A stretch of DNA of 63,033 nt, counting the filler, from Choristocarpus tenellus KU-1152 (Eukaryota > Protista > Phaeophyceae), in assembly GCA_964200185.2 (NCBI GenBank). It is 12 parts of 12 records of this genome, joined end to end, with 100 filler letters (N's around TTAATTAATTAA, not from the genome) between each part and the next. Parts side by side here need not be neighbours in the genome. Positions count along the whole stretch, not along the records: positions 54,054 to 60,422 come from CAXNAD020008287.1; positions 60,523 to 63,033 come from CAXNAD020027194.1; 10 more parts are not named here. One strand, written 5' to 3'. The position numbers were made by a program, and so were the translations under genes. Positions 54,057 to 63,033 of the stretch are shown here, in pieces (position 1 is the stretch's first letter; each line of letters starts with the position of its first letter). Under the pieces are notes generated by a model, which was not told the DNA's origin, made no database searches, and saw only the letters and a list, made by a program, of their open reading frames with translations.

Positions 54057-57000
54057 GTGGATACATTCCCCCGTGATAACTTGGACTGGATGGGGCGTGC
54101 CAGCAACTGGGCCAAGTTCACAGTGACTGCAAGCATTGGCGTAGTGCACAAGGGGCATATGAAGGAAAGCATGAGCCTCCTTCAGCCTTACCTTCCCCAG
54201 GGAGGGGTGAGTGCTATGCCCTACAGTGAAGGGGGTGCCCTTTTTGCCCTTGGTCTAATCCATTCCAACAAGGGTAGTGATGGCAACAAGCAGGTCATCA
54301 CATATCTACGGGAGGCGTTGGGGAATGCTGGTACAAATGAAACAGTGCAGCATGGGGCATGCCTGGGGTTGGGCCTTGCATCAATGGCCACTGGCGATGA
54401 ATCTATCTATGAGGAGCTCAAGAGCACTCTTGATACTGACAGTGCCAATGCTGGGGAGGCAGCTGCATACGCCATTGGGCTGTTGATGCTGGGCTATGGT
54501 GGCTCCACTTCAGCCTCACGGATGGCCATTGTGCAAATGATTGCCTATGCACACGACACTGCCCATGAAAAGATCATCCGTGGACTTGCAATGGGCATTG
54601 CGCTCACACTGTACAGGTGATGTGTGGAGTCCTTGTGTAGATTTTGTGAGAGGTGTGGAGTTTCAATCTATTGCAGATATTTGCCATGGAGTCAGGCAGT
54701 GTATAGATAATGGGATGAGCTATATCTTACTAACACTGTTAATACCATAATTAATTCCTGCCGTACTGTGGCAAAAAAGGCTCAAGGTAGATAGATACTG
54801 ATGGAGTTAACCTAAAAAAATCCAACTCCAACACCTTCTTGTATCCCCCCTTCTGTGTTGGTCTAACTCTTGACTTTGTGTGCAGCCAGGAGGAGGCAGC
54901 TGAGGGGACTATTGAGCAGCTTTCTCGTGACCGGGATCCCATAATGCGATATGGTGCCATGTATGCTATTGGAATGGCATACTGTGGTACATCCAACAAC
55001 CATGCTGTGCGGCGTCTGCTGCATGTGGCTGTTTCAGATGTCAGTGATGATGTTCGCCTGGCTGCAGTAACTTGCCTAGGGTTTGTGCTCTTCCGCACGC
55101 CGGAACAGGTCAGTCTACCATATACCATCAATATGCACTCAATACACAAGTGAATAAACTTGATAGTGAAACACTGTAAATTGAAGTCTTGGTATTTGAA
55201 GAGTCCTGACTCTTCCACAGGGATTGTGTAATTGCATGCTGTCATACCCATGAAGAAAGTAGCTGCAAGGTGCATTATATTGGATACAATGCAAACCTAG
55301 TGCCAACATAGTTTTGTTACCTTGGATTTTGACACCATTGGAGGCAAAGCCCATGCAGTATACTTGAATGATTATTATGTACTTGAATTTATTTTTATGA
55401 GCAACTTCATAAAATTTACTCACAATTGATTAGTATCTGTAGCTGTTCAACTTCATCTCGTGAGCTTAGATGGCTATTGGTCACGGTGCCATTGGTTACA
55501 TCTCCATCTTTCCCTTAAAGCTTATTTTGAATTAATGCAAACTATCAGCTACCTTTTTTCTTACAGATGCTGCTGTAGAGAGTCTTGATGCTTTTGTGGA
55601 ACTTGACTAGTACAGGTTTCCATGTTAGGAATTTATGTCCATGCTATAGAGGGAGAGAGACGATGTTTGTGGTGTTGATGAATGTCATTGCTGGTGTGGT
55701 ACTTTTTTCCCAACTCAAGTTAGTTGATGCAACCTGAGGTAAAATTGATCACAAGGAATGCAGTGTCCAACTGAGCATTAGACAATGTGATTAGTTCAAA
55801 CAGACCAAAAAGTATGCCAAAACCACTTAGTGTTTTACAGGTGGTGACAAGTGTGACAAGTGTGGTCATGACATCTAATGTGACGTACGGGTTCATGAGT
55901 CTGCTTGATACCCCCGTCTATTCATTACCAGGATGAGTGTTTTGTCTTGATAAATGGTGACTTTATATTCAGAGATTCTGTTAGCAGCACCTTAACAGCA
56001 AATTCTAATGCAGAAGTTAGAATATATTGATGTGTTGAAAAATGAACCAGAGGGGGGGTTATTTGTCACCACAAGATGTATCTGTTTATTTTCCTGTCAT
56101 GCATACCCCTTTCATTGGTCTATCTCATGAAATATGAACATTTACTTTCACTGAAAAGAACTGAGGTTGGGTAGAGGACCTAGATGTGATGTCTAAGAGT
56201 TTGGTCTGGCGAGAATGCTAGCATCAGTTCCCTGTAGTGATACTGGTTTTCCCCTAAACATGTCTAGATCAGGGAGATATTAAAATGGTTACATGTCAGT
56301 CTCTTTGTACACAAGTCATACAGTTTTTGGCATTTTCTGAGGCGGATATATCATACTGACTGTAGAAAGAAAAAACAAGTTGTCAAAGTCTAACCCGGAA
56401 ATTGTGCCATGCATGTCGGTACTTCATGCAGGTGCCACGTCTGGTTTCCCTTTTGGCAGAATCTTTCAACTCCCACATGCGCTTTGGGGCATGTATGGCT
56501 ATTGGGATAAGCTGTGCAGGGACTGGGATGAAAGAAGCCATGGAGGTCCTAGAGCCCATGATGGAAGATGTGGTAGACTTTGTCCGGCAGGTAGGAGTCT
56601 TACCTGTGATTGGATCATTGGAGTTGGCGTAGATAAGCTGCTTCATGTACCAGGATGAGTTAAGTCCTCCAAGCTACTTGCCAGTATTAACAAAGTGTTG
56701 GCAGTTTCTGTTATGTTTGATAGCCTGCCTACACGATTTTGGGGGTCTTCGATTTTGTGCTGTCACTGAACATATTGCCTAAACTTCAGGGACTTTGACT
56801 GAACTGTGGTGCTTATGGTTGACTGATGGAAGCTAACATGGCAGGCAGGCAATCCCTTGTTACCTTTCCTAACAACAAAAGGATGTCATCTCCACCTTTA
56901 CAGGGGGCTCTTATTGCCATGGCCATGGTTCTTATGCAGCAGTCTGAGGCACGTATCCCCAAGGTCAAGGCATTCCGGGCCAAGATTGCTGGCATAGTTT

Positions 57001-58219
57001 TAGACAAGCACCAGAGTACCATGACCAAGATGGGAGCAATCATGGCCAGTGGCATCCTCGAAGCAGGAGGACGCAATGTCACCATCACAATGCAGTCGCG
57101 TGCTGGCTTCACCAAGATGTCGTCGGTAGTAGGGCTGGCAGTATGGTGCCAGTATTGGTACTGGTACCCTCTAATGCACTTCCTCCCCTTAGCATTCACA
57201 CCAACCACACACATAGGCCTGAACAAGGACTTCAAGATGCCCAATAACTATTCAACAACATGCACAGCTCGACCAAGTCATTTTGCCTACCCAAAAAAGA
57301 TTGAAAAGAAAAAGGAGGAGAAGAAGGAAAGGGTGGCTACTGTCATGCTCAGCACCACTGCGAAGGCCAAGGCACGTGAAGCGCGCAAAGAACTCAACAA
57401 GAAGCAAGAGGAAGGTGAAGAAACAGTGGGAGGGAGGTTGGGGGGTGCTGATGCCGCACCCATGGATGTGGATGGGGGGAGGGAGAAAGGGGGGGTGGAG
57501 GAGAGTAAAGGGGAGGATGCAGGTGTTGCTGAGGGTAAGGTCAAGGGTGGTACCCTGGCAGAAGGTAGTAAGGAGGAAGACAAGGAGCCTTTCAAGGCGG
57601 AGGGGAGTACAAAAGCTGTGAGGAAAGAGCCAGAGTCTACCAGCTTCAAGGTCAACAACCCTGCACGTGTAACTCCTAGCCAAGAACCTTACGTCAAGTT
57701 CAACCTGGGACAAAGGTGATTGAACTAGATCCTCAAGCATTTTGGGGGCACTTTTATTCACCATGTGTAAGCGTAGTCTGTTTGAATAGACTAGGTATGC
57801 TCCCATAAGCTGTCTTGTCTATAATGAAATGAATGCCTTGTTGGGTGCTGGTATGTGTTGAGATTGTTGCAACATTGTACCAATGTAGTGAATGTTGGAA
57901 TAGAGTAATGGAATGCAGTGAAGAATGTTTGTACCTCAGTTGTTTCAAAGGTGTCCTGTGCATTCATCATGTCTTCTGTTGGCCCTTTGAAGTCACCCCT
58001 GTGATCCCCTTCCTCTCTCTCAGGTATGTCCCTGTTGGAAGAGCAAGCAAGCCTGTGGGGATCATAATGCTAGTTGACAAAGCTCCAGGAGAGCCAGAAG
58101 ATGTTGCCCTGGTGGAACCCCCCTCTGTTGACTCAGGCGAGGAGGAGGCACAGCCACCAGAACCTTTTGAGTGGTCACCCAGCGGTGTTGGCAGGCCACT
58201 CTCTTCTGTCAAGAAGTAG
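54057..58219 (+). CDS. RPN2: 26S proteasome regulatory subunit RPN2/PSMD1, 3' part; exons 54057-54616, 54886-55108, 56432-56590, 56904-57715, 58024-58219
   Basis: [67 protein letters not shown] and terminal PPEPFEW. All junctions are GT-AG and in phase. Confidence 0.97.
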
Positions 58220-61200
58220 ATGGTGCCACAAGCTTCTGTGTGTGGTAATGCTTATAGAAGTAGGGTGTGGGGAGGGAGGTAGAGCAGTTGGAAGGATGTT
58301 TGATCTACTGTGTTGGGAATTGAGTGTGTGACTAAGCAGTACTGCATGGAGTTTATGGTGTTCTATTGGGCCTTGGCCTACCCATTGTGGATGGGTAGGG
58401 TGTTGAAACTTTCTTTATTTTTTTGTTGTGAGGATTGAGATGTTTCTTGTTGCAAAGGTGATAATGTTGTAGTTAGTGCAAAATTTTGGTGCTCCTAAAC
58501 TTCCCAAGTTGTGGATAATGAAGGAAGAAACAGGGCACCTAGCAAACTCACCTATTTTTGCTGTGAATCTTGTGTATGGTGAACAACATACATGACCTGG
58601 ACAATTTTGTATTAGCAACAGACAGGACATCAATAACCAGCACCATCTTTATCTATTAATCTATCTTTAATTGCCTGGATGTGGTGAATCTATTAGCACA
58701 ATATTGAGAGGTCTAAAATTGATCATCTGTAGGAAATGCAATCCTCAGTATTATTGTATGAATAGTAGTGATAATTGGTGGTGGAACAGCCCTTCTTAAA
58801 TAATTCCCTCTTCCCTCTTCATTTGTGCCGTAGAGACTTGAGAGGTTACTCTAGTAGACCCTAGTTGGTGCTAGTAGTAATGTTTTTTTGTACCAAAAAC
58901 AGTGGCATTCATTTTGTACCACAATCAATTTACTCTCCCAATTGATGTATTATACTCTTCTTAAATGTTGAGTGCTTGGCATATATATTGTAGTTTTAAT
59001 GGCCTACACAATGTGGTGCCTCTTTTATTCACCCTCTTTTAAATTGTGCACTGCAGTAGATCTCTCTCTCTATATATGTATCACTGCAGACACACACCTC
59101 ATGACAATGTTGAAGTTATTTGTACTTACAAGCACTCAGTAGTTTTTATGGCCTGTTCAAAGGTGAAACCTGGAAAGCATGAACCAATGCCATTATGAGG
59201 AACATCTACTAGATATGATGTGATATCTTAGTCATACCACACAAGTTCTGCGCTTCAAATTTTATCTCACTCGTGTGTGTCTGTGAAACTGGTTAAAGTA
59301 ACACACCAGTGTTTCCTTACATCATAGGGGTGGGTGATGGATCATACACTTTGTAAAAGTAAAGAGTTGATGCACTGAGGCAAAGACCAAGGTGGACAGG
59401 CTTGTGTAGGCAGTCCAGCACCAATGTATCAGTCTTGACGTGATTGAATCCTTGAGTCTCGAGCATTTTCCCTCCCACGCACCCTATTTCTCAAGAGGGT
59501 GAGATTTGAATGGGAATGGGGTAGGTCAGATATCACAATGGTGTTTTGATTAATTCCTTTTGTTTTTACAGAGCCTGCAAGCCTTATCTCGCTTGTGATA
59601 GAACAAGGCAAGAGTGGAGGTATTTCAATTATCTTTAGGAGACTTCTAGGGTCTTGTCACTTACCCCAGATGAAAGTAATCTGACCCCAATTGAAGGGTT
59701 TTTATCATGGCAAGTACCTCTGAACTCCTAAACTATACCAAGAGGCTAAGGCTAGCTGATGCCAACAAGGAGCACCAATGGGGAACAGCCACTACAACAG
59801 CAGCACAGCTAATATCCTTTAAGTTGTATCGGGAAATTTGAGATGTTTTGATCGTACATACATATATATATATATATATAGCCTGTACTTGAGAATTATT
59901 GTTTGTTGCCAATCTATGTGAGAAATAATAACTCCAGGAGTAGAACACCATGATGAAAGCAATCTTCAGACTGATGAAGCGACCTGTATGTCACAATTAG
60001 TCTTGAGCTTTGGGGGTTGAACTCCCTATCAGGATCAGTTACCGAAACAAAAGTAAGTTGGACTCAAATTTCGCCACTTTCCAAATCCTGATTCAGACCT
60101 ATGAGTTGGGTTGGGATTCAGTAAACTCATCAACACCTGACCCAACCAAACAATCCCGTCCAGCTTTAAGCAAGCTTGTGGTTTCAGGATCTTCACTACA
60201 CTTTCATGGTTGAAAACAACCATTGACCACAGGACCAGTAGTGGCAACAGGTTTGATGAACAATGTGGATATGGACTGGAGGACCACTGGAGATTATTTA
60301 TGGGCAGATGTGAACTCTGAAATGTGTTGCTGGCTCTCTTCCTGCTTGATTTTTACATCATTTTTCTACAGTAGTAGTAGTAGAACACAAACCAATAATG
60401 GGTCAAAGTATCTGGGCGGGGGNNNNNNNNNNNNNNNNNNNNNNNNNNNNNNNNNNNNNNNNNNNNTTAATTAATTAANNNNNNNNNNNNNNNNNNNNNN
60501 NNNNNNNNNNNNNNNNNNNNNNTGGGGGGGGGGGGGGGGGGGGGGGAGGACGGAGCATGGTATCGGTCGTCGTCTTCGGAGCTCTTGCATGGGGGGGATG
60601 CTCCAGGTGAATGTGTTGTGTGTGTGTTAGTGTGTGTGTGTGATGTCTGTATGTGTATATGTATGCATGTGATAGTGTATGTGGCGTGGTAGTGTGTGTG
60701 TGTGTGTGCACAGACAAGTTATTTTTATTTTTATTTATATATATATATATATTTATTTATTTATTTTTGCGTTGAGATTTTTTGTTTTGTTTTGTGAGAA
60801 TGAAATGAATACATTGGGTCGCGAATTTTGGTGTTCTTGATTAGAGTCATTGACACAAATTTTGTTGTTATTGTGGATGTACAGTGTTAGGGATCAGGCA
60901 ATGCGAGAGGGTCTTGTGGGTTATAGGGTTAGGGTTAGGGTTTGGGTCTGTTTTATTTTTGTTTATTTTTTTCTGCCAGGATTGAGGTCGATCGTTTACA
61001 AATTATTTTGTTGTGACACTTCAGAGAGAATTTGAAACGTAATTTCTTTTTTTTTCCAGGTGATTTCTCTCTCTCTCTCTCGAGTTTGGTCACCTCTTTT
61101 TTTATTTTAAGGGTTAGAATTCCCTTTTTCACACTCATTTTGATGTTCACGATTTTATTTAAAAAAAGAAGTGTATATATGTATATATATATATATTTAT

Positions 61201-61306
61201 TTATTTTTTCTTTGGATATACCTTCATTTTTTTTGTACAATAAGTACCTAGTATGTGTGTGTATGTATGTATGTATGGACATTGCTGTTTTTCTTCATTT
61301 TTTCAG

Positions 61307-62171
61307 GTCTGGATGAAGGTGAAGCCCTGCTGTGGACTCTGCAGGTTGTAGTTGATGCAGCGGTGGCTATATCTAACCTGGTGCAGGAGGAATTTGGGTT
61401 TGGTCACGACCCCGATGTGATTGTGGAGAGGTGAGATAAGGAAGGCGTTTGATAGTATAAATAAAAAAAAGATATGTCTCTTATTTTGTTTGTTGTTATG
61501 TTTGCTTGTACTTGGAATTGTATTTGTTTCCCTTCTAGTTCTCAATCGTGATGGTATTAACTTTTCTGGAAGGTATGGTATACATGGAATGCATCTCATT
61601 GACTGCGATAGTCTTAAATGATCTGGAAGACTTTTTATCTTTTCCAATACACTGTACAAAATATCCTACACAGTTCCAAAAGCGTTACTGTTTTTTCTAT
61701 TGTTTAACATCTCCTCACACCTCCCCCATGCCTCCCTGTTCCCTCTGATCTCAGTTCTGCCACCATTCCTCCTGGGGCCAAGCTAGCCTCAGGGCCGAGG
61801 CAAGCACTACGAGAGCTGGGGGAGGCTGCGTGGGGACCTGTGCTTTCAGCACTCAACCATGTATTAGTGCACTGCTCAGAGCCTCTGATAGTTGCCATGG
61901 TGGTTGAGGGGTACGAGAGCTTCATGATAGCCTGTGGTATACTGGGTGAGAGAGACTTGAACATTTTTTTGTTTTAAGCCCTGGAACTGGCCCTGGAGCA
62001 ATGCGTATGTCTATTTCGAGTGTGGTTGAAGGATGGCACACACACACACGCATGCACACACTCCGTTGATTCTTTTTTGATTTGCCTTTAGGTTTGGAGA
62101 ATGCACTGGATGGGTTGCTTGGCAGTCTCTGCAGGTTCTCATTGCCTGCCTGGCATGGTGCAGAGGTTGTG
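61307..62171 (+). CDS. MON2: MON2 homolog (Sec7/Arf-GEF-like), internal exons 61307-61430, 61755-61945, 62092-62171
   Basis: AAWGPVLSALNHVLVHCSEPLIVAMVVEGYESFMIACGIL|GLENALDGLLGSLCRFSLP fits the MON2 pattern W..LL.AL...CG.L.L...D..L..LC...LP. Phases compatible. Confidence 0.75.
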
Positions 62172-62824
62172 GTGAGTGGTGGAGGGACTGGAAGGACCAG
62201 GCAAGGGTTCTCGCTGGCACCAGGCTGGACTCATGTTGGTGAGGGGTGCCGTCCAGTGTTGGAGTTAAAAGCGTTGTGTGGATAGCCGTCCTGGTTTCTT
62301 GATACATTGTTAATTGTATTACTATTTTTTTGCTTTTGTTATTATCTTCAACATCTTTCTATTATAGCTCAAAGTTTTTGTGGGAAGCCCTGTGGTTGAT
62401 TGTTCTTGATGTTATTGTTACTGTTTTGTTATTATTGTATTAACGTAGTTATTATTATTATTATTTGAATTCTTAGTAGGAAGTTCTGTGGTTAATTGTT
62501 TTGAATGTTATTGTTATTGTTTTGTTAATTATTGTTTGAATTTTTAGTAGGAGGTCCTGTGGTTTATTGTGTTTTTTTTTTGTTCTTACTGGTAGTGTGT
62601 AGTATTATTTTATTTTTATGATATTATTTTTCTTTTTTTATGACGGAATCATTTTTCCCTCTAAAATAATTTCGTACACCTTTTTTTAATTTTTTTTAGT
62701 GAGTTGGTACAAGACGTTTGATTTCAAGAAATTACTTTTTTGTGTGTTTTGAAACATGTAACAGGTGAGGTATGTGTGTCTGAGATAGGAAGGAGTGTTG
62801 TATTGGCGTACACAATACATTAGT

Positions 62825-63033
62825 TTTTTTTTGGAATATAGATTTAGGGTTAGGGTTAGGGTTAGGTTTATATGATACATTTCATATATTGGATGAAAGA
62901 ATGATTGAGATAGTGGGGGGAATCAGTCAAGACACAGGTAGCACTCGCTAAGTAGCACCAACCAATATTTTTTTTTTGGAATATAGATTTAGGGTTAGGG
63001 TTAGGGTTAGGTTTATATGATACATTTCATATA
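62825..63033. repeat. ~64-bp direct duplication containing (TTAGGG)3
   Basis: T-run + GGAATATAGAT(TTAGGG)3TTAGGTTTATATGATACATTTCATA at ~62825-62888 and ~62970-63033. Confidence 0.85.

Noticed and set aside
54069-54071. Pro in RPN2 DTFPRDNL, where Leu is usual
   Set aside because: A single-base difference 15 nt from a contig edge; likely an error or trivial variant.
57300-57630. Overlapping multi-frame ORFs in RPN2
   Set aside because: Shadows of the normal low-complexity K/E/G-rich linker of Rpn2.
62845-63013. True chromosome end
   Set aside because: Only three TTAGGG units, inside a local duplication and followed by non-telomeric sequence.

Overview
Eukaryotic nuclear DNA. The window is 12 unrelated contigs joined by 11 identical 100-bp artificial spacers (44 N + TTAATTAATTAA + 44 N). 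Most entries in the ORF track are noise; real genes appear only after manual splicing. Long introns, TTAGGG repeats, a bipartite-type targeting presequence and a brown-algal-type retroelement point to a photosynthetic stramenopile, probably a brown alga or relative (inference). Genes reconstructed: UDP-glucuronate decarboxylase (fragment), an uncharacterised FYKDEGG-motif protein, a complete 5-exon roadblock/LC7 dynein light chain head-to-head with a KsgA/Dim1 rRNA dimethyltransferase, a CAP exon, a strongly divergent UBA1-like E1 enzyme, an ankyrin terminal exon, an AMPK/SnRK1-alpha C-terminus, the 3' part of RPN2 and MON2 exons. Mobile DNA: a ~259-bp MITE family with GRG...CTC termini and 4-bp target-site duplications (Sola2 hallmarks), related TIR families, an intron-rich Sola-type DDD transposase pseudogene carrying a MITE nested in a MITE, and decayed non-LTR retrotransposons. 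The most interesting signals are the E1 paralogue with rewired catalytic motifs, the Sola-like transposase/MITE system, and frequent short interstitial TTAGGG insertions, one with a reconstructable ancestral state. All family assignments are by motif recognition; no database searches were run.
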